Origin: Armatimonadota bacterium
GTDB taxonomy: Bacteria; Armatimonadota; UBA5829; DSUL01
NCBI GenBank assembly: GCA_039811685.1
Contig: JBDHZC010000002.1
Span: forward strand, 192,001-256,000
Length of the DNA: 64,000 nucleotides
Direction: 5' to 3'
Part shown: piece by piece, positions 1-9,579 of the stretch
Position numbering within the stretch: position 1 is the first letter of the stretch
Layout of the letters: the number at the start of each line of letters is the position of its first letter
Notes under the pieces: generated by a model
What the model was told of the DNA's origin: nothing
Database searches by the model: none
Seen by the model: only the letters and a program-made list of their open reading frames with translations
Translations under genes and position numbers: made by a program

Positions 1-1
1 T

Positions 2-343
2 CCGGCCAATGCGGAAAAAGCCGTGCGCGAGTTGATTCGCGGGGTCGATCTGATGAAGTCGAAAGGGCCTACGCAGGAAGAAGTGAGAGTGGCGAAGCAG
101 TACATTGTCGGAGTTCTCTCACTCAGGCTGGCGACGAACGCCGGAGTCGCCGGCTTTCTGCTCTCGTCAGAGTTCTACAATCTCGGCCTGGACTATCTGA
201 ACACATTTCGCGATTTGTACGGGTCGGTCACGGCGGCACAGGTCACAGAGGCGGCGCGAAAGTATCTGCATCCAGAGTCGGCCACTCTTGTTGTCGCGGG
301 ACCGGCAGAGTCATTTCCAGATGTCACCAAAATCTCACAATAG
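2..343 (+). CDS. M16 (pitrilysin-like) peptidase family protein, C-terminal fragment; 5' end is outside the window
   Basis: Frame is open from base 2. 'GPTQEEVRVAKQYIVG...LGLDYL...VTAAQVTEAARKYLHPE...VVAGP' is a typical Peptidase_M16_C ending. Confidence 0.8.
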   Translation, partial: PANAEKAVRELIRGVDLMKSKGPTQEEVRVAKQYIVGVLSLRLATNAGVAGFLLSSEFYNLGLDYLNTFRDLYGSVTAAQVTEAARKYLHPESATLVVAGPAESFPDVTKISQ

Positions 344-3044
344 CAGCAGCCAGAGTCAGAAATGTCTCCAGCCTCACGCAGCGCACATTTACACACAGCG
401 GCTGGAGGCAATTCTTGCGCGGATGGTCGCGGAGCTGCGCCTGGACGGGGCCGAAGTGTTCCTCCTCGATGAAGAAGGCACAGCCCTCAAAGCGCGCGCT
501 TGTGTGGACGCGAACGGCCGAGCCTGTCAGCTTCCCGCTGAGGCGGTAAACTTCAAGCGCGCAGGACGCATTGGACGTATGCTCTCGGGCAAAGTCACCT
601 CTATGACGCGGTCGCCAAGCGCGCCGCCGGACGAGTACAACCCGGATGCCGCAGCGCCGGTACAAATTGACGGGCGGATCATGGGGCTGGTAGCAGTCAG
701 CAAAGGAAGCCAGACACCGCGCGATTTGCCACAAGAGGCGATGGCGAGCTTTGCGGAAGAGATCGGGTTTATTGTTGACTCCGCCGAGACCGAAGCCCGG
801 ATGGCCATCGAAGCTCATCACGAACACACGCTGTCCGAAGTGTCCAAAGCGATCTCCTCAGCATTGGACCCGAACAGAATTCTGGAGATGGTCTCGCAGC
901 TTATGGCGGAAGGCATCGGGGCCAGGAAATCGGCTGTTTATGTCTGGGAGCGAGACTTGCGACAGCTTCGAAGACGCGCTTCTCATGGCACGCTAAAGCG
1001 TACGAACAGGAAGCATGCGGTCATCTCGTTTGCGGAAGACCAGTCTCTGGTGGCAACGCTGGCCAACAACGAAGCCGTCCTCTTAGGCCAGCGCCAGAGG
1101 TCAGCGCTGGGCCAGAACCTGCTGGAGAGCGTGGACGCCACAAACGCCATAGCGGTACCCCTGATGAGCAAGGGACGCCTGGTAGCGGTGGCGGTTGTAA
1201 GCTGTCCCGAGACGCACACGGGATTTCCGGCGGACAACATAAGCCTGCTGATGGCTATTGCCGCACAGGCGGCTGTGTCCATCGAAAACGCAACGCTGTA
1301 TGAAGCGCAGAACCGCGCCGTTACGGAGCTTGCGGCGTTGTATGCGGTGTCCCAGGCGCTGGCCGCATCACTCAACCTGAATGACGGACTCCAAATTGTG
1401 GCCGAAAGCATCTCGGCGGTGACGGGTGTCAGCAGATGTGGCGTTTTCCTGATTGAGCAGGGACGGGCGCACGGACATCTGATTATCGGAGTCGCAGACG
1501 CCGAGAAGGAGCGCTTCAAACGGCTGAGTCTGGGCCTGTCTGAGCGTGAGACCGCTATGATGCAGGCCATAAAGGAGGGGCGACCCACTATTGTAGAGGG
1601 GCGCGCTACTCTTAGAGACGGCTACATGGCGGCGCACTGGCGTGTGAAGCGCATGCTGGTGGTTCCACTGATCTTTGAAGGCCGCACGGTTGGACTGGCG
1701 GCGGCGGATGAACCCGGCCATGCAGCCACTTTCAGCGTAAACACTGTCAAGGTGGCGGCGGCGATCGGCGAGCAGGCGGCGATCGCGATACAGAATGCCC
1801 GCCTTTACGAGCAGACCCGTCAGCACGCAGAGGAGCTTCAACTTCTCTGGGAGCTCGGGCAGGCGCTGGGCGGAGAACTGGGACTCCCGGAGATGCTCGA
1901 CACCCTCACTGATCATCTCAAGCGCCTGCCGAAGGTGACCGCCGTGTCCATTATTATCCGGCACTGGGATGGCTCGCTGCTGATTGCGCGCGAGGATGGG
2001 GAAAAGACAAGCTACCGCAACGAGCGCGCGCTGACTGACCCGTGCGACGTTCAGGCTCTGCCAGCGCTTCAGGGGCAGGGCGCGCAGGTCATTCGCAACG
2101 TGCGCAGGCACGCAAGTTGCCTGCATCCGGAGCTGCGTTCGACTGAGTCTTCCGCTCACTCCATCCTGGCCATGCCGCTGGTGCAGGAAAACAAGACTAT
2201 TGGCCTGATTAACGTCATCTCCTCAGAAGACAGAGACTTTGCGACAGGGGAGATGCGTCTGATTGGCAGCGTAGCGTCTGTGGCATCAGCGGCCATCGTC
2301 CGCGGACAGGTCTATGAACGTGAGCGGCGCATAGCAGAAACGTTTCAGCGCAGTCTATTACCCGAAGTCCGAGATCAGTACGACGATTACGAGATCGCGC
2401 AGCACTACGCGGCGGCGCTGGATGAGGCGCGTGTGGGAGGGGACTTCTACGACGTCTTTGAAATGCACAACGGCAAAATTGCCTTTGTCATAGGAGACGT
2501 GAGCGGAAAAGGGCTCGACGCCGCCATTCACACAGCGACAGCCAAGTATCTGGTTCGCGCCTTTGCCTTTGAAGAGGAAGACCCCAGCAAGGTGCTTTGT
2601 CGCGCAAATGACGCCCTGTGTTTCTATGTGCCGGTGTCGATGTTTGTCACTTTGTTCCTCGCTGTGCTAGACACGGAAAGTGGCATCGTGTACTATGCCA
2701 ACGCCGGCCATGAACTGCCGCTGTTGTGGAGCGCCGAAGATTCGCGTTTTCGAAGCCTCGCGTGTACGGGACGGGCTCTGGGATTCCTCGCTGGCTGTGA
2801 CTACCTCACCGAACAAGCAACCATGAAGCCTGGTGATGTGTTCATAATGTACACGGATGGTGTGACGGAAGCGCGCCGGGACGGGAAGTTTCTGGATTCC
2901 TCCGGAGTGCGTGACGCAGCCGCGCCGCTTGTGGGATCCAGCGCCAGCCGGATTGCCGAAGCAATTGAGAGCACGGTAAGGAACTTTGCCGGGGGGCGAC
3001 TGCGCGATGATATTGCACTCTTGGTAGTGAAAAGACAGGGCTGA
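321..3044 (+). CDS. Multi-GAF sensor with C-terminal PP2C/SpoIIE phosphatase (RsbU-like)
   Basis: About four GAF repeats (e.g. 'IAVPLMSKGRLVAV', 'VVPLIFEGRTVGL', 'AMPLVQENKTIGL') then PP2C motifs 'VGGDFYD', 'GDVSGKG', 'NAGH', 'YTDGVTE', 'DDIAL'. Start is uncertain (ORF opens at 288; ATG 321 chosen). Confidence 0.9.
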   Translation: MSPKSHNSSSQSQKCLQPHAAHIYTQRLEAILARMVAELRLDGAEVFLLDEEGTALKARACVDANGRACQLPAEAVNFKRAGRIGRMLSGKVTSMTRSPSAPPDEYNPDAAAPVQIDGRIMGLVAVSKGSQTPRDLPQEAMASFAEEIGFIVDSAETEARMAIEAHHEHTLSEVSKAISSALDPNRILEMVSQLMAEGIGARKSAVYVWERDLRQLRRRASHGTLKRTNRKHAVISFAEDQSLVATLANNEAVLLGQRQRSALGQNLLESVDATNAIAVPLMSKGRLVAVAVVSCPETHTGFPADNISLLMAIAAQAAVSIENATLYEAQNRAVTELAALYAVSQALAASLNLNDGLQIVAESISAVTGVSRCGVFLIEQGRAHGHLIIGVADAEKERFKRLSLGLSERETAMMQAIKEGRPTIVEGRATLRDGYMAAHWRVKRMLVVPLIFEGRTVGLAAADEPGHAATFSVNTVKVAAAIGEQAAIAIQNARLYEQTRQHAEELQLLWELGQALGGELGLPEMLDTLTDHLKRLPKVTAVSIIIRHWDGSLLIAREDGEKTSYRNERALTDPCDVQALPALQGQGAQVIRNVRRHASCLHPELRSTESSAHSILAMPLVQENKTIGLINVISSEDRDFATGEMRLIGSVASVASAAIVRGQVYERERRIAETFQRSLLPEVRDQYDDYEIAQHYAAALDEARVGGDFYDVFEMHNGKIAFVIGDVSGKGLDAAIHTATAKYLVRAFAFEEEDPSKVLCRANDALCFYVPVSMFVTLFLAVLDTESGIVYYANAGHELPLLWSAEDSRFRSLACTGRALGFLAGCDYLTEQATMKPGDVFIMYTDGVTEARRDGKFLDSSGVRDAAAPLVGSSASRIAEAIESTVRNFAGGRLRDDIALLVVKRQG

Positions 3045-3052
3045 TTTGTGAC

Positions 3053-3865
3053 GTGGTACAATCCGCAGTAGACATCTGGACAGTCGCCGACGCGAAAGAC
3101 GAGCTTGCCATAAGAGGCGAGATTGACTTTCACTCTTCGGAAGACCTGAGGAAAGCCATCTGGCGCCATTTTGAAGCAGGCAGGAAAAACCTGCGGCTGA
3201 TGCTCGAAGGGGTGGACTTCATCGACTCAACTGGTTTGTCCGTCCTTCTTGACGCCGTGAAAATGGCGCGCGCCCGTGGCGGTGGCATCACTCTGGTGCG
3301 CCCGACGCGCCAGCTTCTGCGGGTGCTGTCTGTCTCGGGCTTCGCCCCATTTTTCGGCTTGGACCTGCACGATGGGCACAGCAGGGAAGATCAGGCGCAG
3401 GAGCCCGCAGAGGACGAGGGGCTACAGACTGAGACTTTTGAGGCAGAGGCGCGTCCGGAGAATATTGGCAATCTTCGCCAGTGCGTTATCGGCTTTGCGA
3501 AAAAGCTTCCCTTCACGAAGCAGGAGCTGGACGACATCAAGCTGGCGGTCGGGGAGGCTACCACCAACGCGCTTCGCTACGGCTGCCCGACCGGCCGCGA
3601 GATTGTGCGCATCACGTGTACGCGCAAGGGGCGAAGGTTCAGTGTTCAGGTCAGCGACCCCGGCCCTGGGTTTGACCCGGACAAAGTGCCGCCAGTGACC
3701 GGAGATGAACTCACCGAAGGCGGCAGAGGCATCTATTTTATGCGCTGTCTGATGGACGAGGTGAACTTCACATTCACAGGTGGGGGAACCACCGTTGAGC
3801 TCGTGAAGTGCATCCCCGAGCGCACCGCCGAGACTCCTCATGACCTTGCCGCCGCGACCAACTGA
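3053..3865 (+). CDS. STAS anti-anti-sigma domain fused to an RsbW/SpoIIAB-type HATPase Ser kinase
   Basis: N-terminal 'RGEIDF...VDFIDSTGLSVL' (STAS with phospho-acceptor Ser59). C-terminal 'DIKLAVGEATTNALRYG', 'DPGPGFD', 'EGGRGIYFMRCLMDEV'. Confidence 0.9.
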   Translation: MVQSAVDIWTVADAKDELAIRGEIDFHSSEDLRKAIWRHFEAGRKNLRLMLEGVDFIDSTGLSVLLDAVKMARARGGGITLVRPTRQLLRVLSVSGFAPFFGLDLHDGHSREDQAQEPAEDEGLQTETFEAEARPENIGNLRQCVIGFAKKLPFTKQELDDIKLAVGEATTNALRYGCPTGREIVRITCTRKGRRFSVQVSDPGPGFDPDKVPPVTGDELTEGGRGIYFMRCLMDEVNFTFTGGGTTVELVKCIPERTAETPHDLAAATN

Positions 3866-3926
3866 CTAACTCGCTCAAACGCGGCCGGACCGACAGCCCT
3901 TTGCTGAATGAAGTGACTGAGAGCTT

Positions 3927-5276
3927 CTAGGGAACGGAACGATCGACCGGGAAATCCGCAGAAGGCGTCCAGGCGCTGTCCAGGATCTCATCCATCTCTT
4001 TGATTACTTCGGGATACTGCTCCGCTAGGTTTTTCTTCTCCCCCAGGTCTCTGCTCAGGTCGTAGAGCTCCGTGGGTTTGCCAGGAGCCAGACGCACGGC
4101 CTTCCAGTCGCCTTTGCGCGCCGCCTGCTGGAATCCTTTCTCATGAAACTCCCAGTAGAGATAGTCATGCTGTTTCTGGGGCTTGCCCAGAAGCGCCGGC
4201 GCCATGGACAGGCCGTCGATATTCTCAGGACACTTCGCTCCGGCGAGCTCGGCAGCCGTCGGGAGAAAGTCCCAGAACGCCCAGACCTGATCACTCACTT
4301 GACCTGGCGCGATCTTACCAGGCCACCGGACGGCCATGGGAACCCGGATACCGCCTTCGTACTGATCCCGTTTGATGCCGCGCAGGGGACCGCTGCTCTG
4401 GAAAAACTCCGCATGCCCTCCCCCCTCACGGTGCGGCCCGTTGTCCGATGTGAAGAAAACAACCGTGTTGTCGTCCAGTCCTTCGGCTTTAAGCAGATCC
4501 AGCAGCTTTCCGATGTCGCGATCCATGCGCGTGATCATGGCCGCCTTGTTTTTCTCCGGTTGCGGCCAGGGCTTGTCGGAATAAGGCTCATCGGAAGGCA
4601 CTTCCATGCCGTTTCCAGTTTCGCCGGTCTTTTCGTTGTTCGCATGCGGGATAGTGTAGGCCAGATACAAAAAGAATGGTTTCTCCTTATGCTGCCTTAC
4701 CCATTGCAGCGCTTCCTGTGTGAAGAGATCGTGTGAGTAGCTGCCTGGAGCAAGTTCGACCTCCTCATCGTTTCGCCAGAGCGTCTTCGGGTAGTAGTTG
4801 TGGGCCAGCGTCTGATTCCGGTAGCCATAGAAATAGTCAAAGCCCTGCTTCCGGGGAGTGCCTTCACCTTCAAGGCCTAGTCCCCACTTGCCGATCAAGG
4901 CGGTGGAATAGCCAGTCTCCTGCAGGACTTTCGCAACCGTGGTGTCTTTGGCGCCCAGCATAGCGCCCTTGTTGCCCCGGATAACCGTGTGCCCGGTATG
5001 ATAGCCAGTCATCAGTGCGCATCGGGACGGAGCGCAGATTGTCGCCCCGGAATAGGCTTGCGTAAAGCGCACACCCTCAGCAGCCATTCGATCGATACTG
5101 GGCGTGAGTATCATCTGCTGTCCGTAGCAGCCAACATCACCGTAGCCAAGGTCGTCCGCGAGGATGAAGATAATGTTGGGCTTCCGTGCCATCTCAGCAG
5201 CATTGGCGCGAGCTGCTGCGGCCGTTAGAGGGATGGTCAGCGCTGACACGGCGCAAAGCATAGTCGGTACATTCAT
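3927..5276 (-). CDS. Arylsulfatase (Cys-type S1 sulfatase), probably exported
   Basis: 'KPNIIFILADDLG', CxPxR motif 'CAPSRCALMTG', 'GKWGLG', 'FTSDNG', 'EGGIRVP'; signal-peptide-like N-terminus. Confidence 0.92.
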   Translation of the reverse strand: MNVPTMLCAVSALTIPLTAAAARANAAEMARKPNIIFILADDLGYGDVGCYGQQMILTPSIDRMAAEGVRFTQAYSGATICAPSRCALMTGYHTGHTVIRGNKGAMLGAKDTTVAKVLQETGYSTALIGKWGLGLEGEGTPRKQGFDYFYGYRNQTLAHNYYPKTLWRNDEEVELAPGSYSHDLFTQEALQWVRQHKEKPFFLYLAYTIPHANNEKTGETGNGMEVPSDEPYSDKPWPQPEKNKAAMITRMDRDIGKLLDLLKAEGLDDNTVVFFTSDNGPHREGGGHAEFFQSSGPLRGIKRDQYEGGIRVPMAVRWPGKIAPGQVSDQVWAFWDFLPTAAELAGAKCPENIDGLSMAPALLGKPQKQHDYLYWEFHEKGFQQAARKGDWKAVRLAPGKPTELYDLSRDLGEKKNLAEQYPEVIKEMDEILDSAWTPSADFPVDRSVP

Positions 5277-5469
5277 AAGCTCAATTCCCGAGTGGGTCGT
5301 TTCGCCCTATCATAGCCCAACACCTGGAGCCAAGTCCAGAACAGATGAGCCAAAGCGCGCCTCCTTCCAATATAGAGATCAGAAAGACTGCGCAACTGGT
5401 ACGGGTGAGGGAATATTGTGGTTACGCAAGGCAATAGACGTTCAGTCTCTTCAGGATTGCGCCAGATAA

Positions 5470-5478
5470 TGATATACT
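5470..5478 (+). promoter_or_regulatory. Putative extended -10 promoter (TGaTATACT) for cdaA-cdaR-glmM
   Basis: TGnTATACT about 190 nt upstream of the cdaA start. Confidence 0.4.
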
Positions 5479-5670
5479 CTGTAAAGGACCGGGCGCACAC
5501 GCCTGCGACAGGTAGTCCGCGCTGCCATAGGCGCCTGCAAATAGCTCTTATTTCGCTACTGTCCGCCAGTGGTGATTACAGCTTGAGCTGCGACCGGTGG
5601 TAGAGCTACACACCGGTAGACGCTGTGCGGCCCGCAGATTTCAGGGGCTAAGGAAAGCAGGACTCGGAAG

Positions 5671-6585
5671 TTGGGGCTTCCAAACTTCTTTTGGGCTAAT
5701 GTCTGGAGCGGGGGTTGGGTTTCTGTCCTGACCACCCTTCTGGACATTGCGGTTATTGCCTTTGCGCTTTACAAGCTGATTATGCTCGTGAAGGGCACGC
5801 GGGCATGGCAGATTCTGTGGGGGCTGGGCATTTTCTTTGCGCTGATTTTCATCAGTGAAAAGCTGCAGTTGCACACGCTCAACTGGGTTCTGCAGAAAAT
5901 CGTCCCTCTGGGCCCTGTGGCTATCGTCATCCTCTTTTACCCTGAGCTACGCCATGCGCTGGAAGAGATGGGCCGTATCGGCTTCTGGGGACGTGGATTC
6001 AGCTTTCTGGGCAGGGAAGACCTGGCGGTGGTGATTGAGGAAGTTGTCAAATGCGCCACGCGCCTGTCCAGGGGAAAAATCGGGGCGCTTATCGTCATTG
6101 AGCGCGAGACGGGACTGGACAACATTGTACAGACTGGCACCCGTCTGGATGCAATAGTATCCTCAGAGCTGCTTTCCACCATTTTCTATCCAGGGAGTCC
6201 TCTTCACGACGGCGCGGCTGTGCTGCGCTCGAACCGCATTATCGCCGTCAGTTGCACCTTGCCGCTTTCCGACAGCCCGCACGTGTCCGCAATGATTCAC
6301 ACCCGGCACAAGGCCGCTATGGGAGTCACGGAGCAGTCAGACGCCGTAGTAGTGGTTGTGAGTGAAGAAACCGGGACGATTTCTCTGGCGCTGGAGGGGC
6401 GGCTGGATAGAGGGCTTGACGGTGACTCCCTGCGGGAGCGCCTACAGGAGCTGCTGTCGCCTCCTGGATCCGACAATACCGGGCCGAGCCGCATTTTGCG
6501 CTGGAAAAGCTTCCCAGGCAACAATATCGAGAAGAGCGGCAAGGAGCAAGCCAGCGCCTCCTCAGCCCAGTCAAAAGCGCCGTAA
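5671..6585 (+). CDS. cdaA: Diadenylate cyclase CdaA (membrane-bound DAC)
   Basis: Three N-terminal TM segments, 'FYPELRHALE', 'GALIVIER', 'PLHDGA', 'TRHKAA', 'VVVVSEETGTIS'; cdaA-cdaR-glmM synteny. Confidence 0.93.
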   Translation: MGLPNFFWANVWSGGWVSVLTTLLDIAVIAFALYKLIMLVKGTRAWQILWGLGIFFALIFISEKLQLHTLNWVLQKIVPLGPVAIVILFYPELRHALEEMGRIGFWGRGFSFLGREDLAVVIEEVVKCATRLSRGKIGALIVIERETGLDNIVQTGTRLDAIVSSELLSTIFYPGSPLHDGAAVLRSNRIIAVSCTLPLSDSPHVSAMIHTRHKAAMGVTEQSDAVVVVVSEETGTISLALEGRLDRGLDGDSLRERLQELLSPPGSDNTGPSRILRWKSFPGNNIEKSGKEQASASSAQSKAP

Positions 6586-6609
6586 GAAAGCTGTGGTGAA
6601 ACCCTTCTA

Positions 6610-7539
6610 GTGTTCCGTCAGAATGCTGTCTACAAGATTGCAGCCATCGTCATAGCTATCGCTCTCACCGTCTATGTGTACGGAGAGCGTAACCCACCGA
6701 CTATCCGCACTTTGCAGATTCCGCTGGAGACCAGAAAGCTTCCTGCAAATGTCGGCGTCAAGTCAGTCCCGGAAAACGTTCGCGTGCAGGTGGATGGCCC
6801 GAAAGACTCGGTCATGCGTGTGACGGCAGGGATGATCCGGGCCTATGTTTCTCTGGACGGACTCAGCCCCGGAGACCACAGGTTGCTTGTGCGCCTCGAT
6901 CCCGCCAACAGCCTCCCGCCTGACATTCACGCTTCCGCCGCAGATGCCACGGTTCCGGTAAGCTTGCAGTCGCTGGAGCGTCAGACACGGCCTGTTGAGC
7001 CGGTTTTTCTAAGGCCGCCACCTCCCGGGTTTACCTACGGCTTACCGGCCGTCAAACCTTCCGTGGCTTATGTAGGCGGCCCGACTCAAGACGTGGAGCG
7101 CGTTTCCCAACTTCAGGTTGTGGTAGATGCTGTGCCCACGCCGAATAAGACGATAAGTGGTAGCTTCCCGATCCGGGCTGTGGATTCCAATTCACTTGAA
7201 GTGGATGATGTGACCGTCAAACCGGGGACCGCGACAGTGCAGGTACAAATTCAGGGCATGCCTGCACAAAAAGAGATATTTGTAAGTCCCAACGTGAAGG
7301 GCGTTCCGGCGCCTGGTTTTCAGGTCAAGAGTATCAGTGTCGTACCTCAGTCTGTCACGGTCACCGGCGGCCCTGACAGTATCGGCAAGCTCAACTTCGT
7401 CACGACGGATGAAGTGGACATCTCGGGAGCAACAACCGATGTAGTGAGAAGTGTGCAGATGCTGCTGCCGGATGGCGTCACGGCGCAGGGATCGCGCAGA
7501 GTGCGAGTTGATGTTAATGTGGAGGCACGCCCGCAGTAG
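6610..7539 (+). CDS. cdaR: CdaR/YbbR-domain regulator of CdaA
   Basis: One N-terminal TM then three YbbR-like repeats ('VPENVRVQVDGP', 'KPSVAYVGGP', 'PQSVTVTGGP'); lies between cdaA and glmM. Confidence 0.88.
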   Translation: MFRQNAVYKIAAIVIAIALTVYVYGERNPPTIRTLQIPLETRKLPANVGVKSVPENVRVQVDGPKDSVMRVTAGMIRAYVSLDGLSPGDHRLLVRLDPANSLPPDIHASAADATVPVSLQSLERQTRPVEPVFLRPPPPGFTYGLPAVKPSVAYVGGPTQDVERVSQLQVVVDAVPTPNKTISGSFPIRAVDSNSLEVDDVTVKPGTATVQVQIQGMPAQKEIFVSPNVKGVPAPGFQVKSISVVPQSVTVTGGPDSIGKLNFVTTDEVDISGATTDVVRSVQMLLPDGVTAQGSRRVRVDVNVEARPQ

Positions 7540-7565
7540 TGGGCCAGACAACAGACAGGCAGGCG

Positions 7566-8915
7566 ATGCGTAACTATTTTGGCACAGATGGAATCCGCGG
7601 CGTTGCGAACAGAGAGTTGACGGCGGATCTGGCATTGAGAATTGGCGCTGCGGCAGCCAAGGTCCTCCTGAACCGCCCTCACGGCGTCAGCGTACTCATT
7701 GGGCGGGACCCGCGTATTTCGGGTGACATGCTGGAGAGCGCGCTCGCGGCGGGGTTCGCGTCGCGAGGAGCGGATGTCATACTCGTTGGCGTCATTCCAA
7801 CGCCGGGCGTGGCGGTGCTGGTGCGCGAAGCCGATGTTGACGTCGGCTGTGTCATCTCTGCCTCCCACAACCCTGTAGAATACAACGGGATCAAGTTTTT
7901 CGGGCAAGACGGGGAAAAGCTCGCAGATGAGACAGAGAGCGAAATCGAGTCTCACCTGAATGACCCGGTGAATCAGGCACTGCCGGTTGGGGAAAACATC
8001 GGTCGCTTTCTGCGCCAGCCTCAGCGAGTCGAGCGCTATGTCTACGCCGTCAAGCAGACAGCCCGCCGCAGACTGAATGGCCTGAAGCTGGTGATGGATG
8101 GGGCGAACGGCGCCGCCTTCGATCTTGCGCCGCGAATATTTCGCGAACTCGGAGCAGAGGTTGTCACCATCGGGTGCGATCCGGACGGCGCGAACATCAA
8201 CGCGGGGCTTGGTTCTACGCATCCGGAGCGCATGCTTGAGATGGTGCAGCGGGAGGGCGCCGACGCCGGACTGGCCTTCGACGGAGACGCCGACCGCGTG
8301 CTCATGGCTTCTGAGGACGGAAAACTCGTGGATGGTGACAAGATTATGGCCATCTGCGGGATAGACATGGACCGCCGGGGTGTCTTGCCCGGCCGGCGCG
8401 TCATCGCTACAGTGATGAGCAATGTGGGACTGGAAGTGGCGCTCCAGCGGCACGGAATTCTGCTGGACAGGGTGGAGGAAGTCGGTGACCGCTACGTCGC
8501 TGAAAGGATGAGAGCTACAGGCGCGCGCATTGGTGGAGAAAAATCCGGCCACATTATACTGTCGGAATACACGACCACTGGAGATGGAATGGTGACGGCG
8601 CTCCAGGTGCTGGGAGCTATGCAGGACGCTGACAGGCGCTTGTCTGAGCTGGCAAACGAGGTAGAGGAATATCCACAGGTTCTGGACGGTGTGCGGGTGC
8701 GAGACAAGAGCCGCTGGAAAGAGAATCCGGCCATCAGCAGCGCCATTGATGAAGCGTCAAACGCGCTGCGGGGGCGTGGCCGCCTTCACGTCAGAGCCTC
8801 TGGAACCGAACCTCTCATACGAGTGATGGCGGAGGGACCGGTCGAAGCGGAGCTGAAAGAGCTGGTTGGAGGAGTCTGCTCGGCGATCCGCGAGACCATC
8901 GGCGCAGAGAATTAG
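7566..8915 (+). CDS. glmM: Phosphoglucosamine mutase
   Basis: 'YFGTDGIRG', 'ISASHNP', 'DGDADR', 'GGEKSGH', 'RASGTEP'. ATG 7566 preferred over GTG 7539. Confidence 0.96.
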   Translation: MRNYFGTDGIRGVANRELTADLALRIGAAAAKVLLNRPHGVSVLIGRDPRISGDMLESALAAGFASRGADVILVGVIPTPGVAVLVREADVDVGCVISASHNPVEYNGIKFFGQDGEKLADETESEIESHLNDPVNQALPVGENIGRFLRQPQRVERYVYAVKQTARRRLNGLKLVMDGANGAAFDLAPRIFRELGAEVVTIGCDPDGANINAGLGSTHPERMLEMVQREGADAGLAFDGDADRVLMASEDGKLVDGDKIMAICGIDMDRRGVLPGRRVIATVMSNVGLEVALQRHGILLDRVEEVGDRYVAERMRATGARIGGEKSGHIILSEYTTTGDGMVTALQVLGAMQDADRRLSELANEVEEYPQVLDGVRVRDKSRWKENPAISSAIDEASNALRGRGRLHVRASGTEPLIRVMAEGPVEAELKELVGGVCSAIRETIGAEN

Positions 8916-9046
8916 CGTACCGCACAGCAGGGAAGACGCGTCGGCGTCTGTCTGTTCGCCTCCTGCCGACGGTAAGTCTGCCACCCTTCGCATCAGGACT
9001 GTACTACAGGTCCCGACAAAAACCTCTGCAATTTACTGGGAATTCG

Positions 9047-9055
9047 TGTTATTAT
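9047..9055 (+). promoter_or_regulatory. Putative extended -10 promoter (TGtTATTAT) directly upstream of a hairpin
   Basis: AT-rich patch with TGnTATTAT; the predicted +1 at about 9061 coincides with the start of a 13-bp stem. Confidence 0.4.
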
Positions 9056-9058
9056 GAA

Positions 9059-9506
9059 TTGTGTGAAAGTGCCAAGCCCGCTGGCCTTCATCTGCTGACT
9101 TCGGGCAAGCGCTAGTACACTTTCACGCAAGATTTTCATTAGAGTCATATCAGGGTAGCTTCCTGCCCTTCCTGCTTCGGCCACTCAGCGTCATTTGTCC
9201 AGAAGCTGATTTTTGTGACATTTCGAGTCCGGCGCCCACGCGAGTCTTCTGCTGTAGTGGATGACCGTGCGGACAGATTTGTCCCAGGAGATCGGCATGC
9301 ATCTGGCTTTTGCAACTGGCGCAGAATGACGCGCTGGACTGAAGCGCCTCTCACAACAAGGAAGCTCATCCGTCCGCCTGTTTCAGTCTTCGGGGCGCGT
9401 CCTCGGCGACGCTTTGCGACCGCGCATTGAGCCTGAAGGCACTTTGTACGGAATGAAACAGGAAGGCGAGCCAATCCCCGCGCCTGTTCAGGCGCCGTAA
9501 CGCTGG
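9059..9506 (+). ncRNA. Candidate structured non-coding RNA region (family not identified; 9316-9506 is 6S-like in size and shape)
   Basis: Stem 9059-9071/9118-9130; long imperfect rod 9316-9506 (CCTGTTTCA/TGAAACAGG, GTCTTCGGG/CCTGAAGGC); G-U pairs favour the + strand; no credible ORF. Confidence 0.3.
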
Positions 9507-9579
9507 GAAGACCGCGCGAGCAGCTCTCGTGCCCAGGCCACTCTCCAGCGCTAGACCGTGTTGAGAAGGTAGTATTATT

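Noticed and set aside
8916..9579. glmS ribozyme, SRP RNA or c-di-AMP riboswitch after glmM
   Set aside because: The diagnostic cores (AGCGCC...GACGAGG for glmS; CAGG..GGAA..AGCAG for SRP; the ydaO pattern) were not found in the right arrangement.
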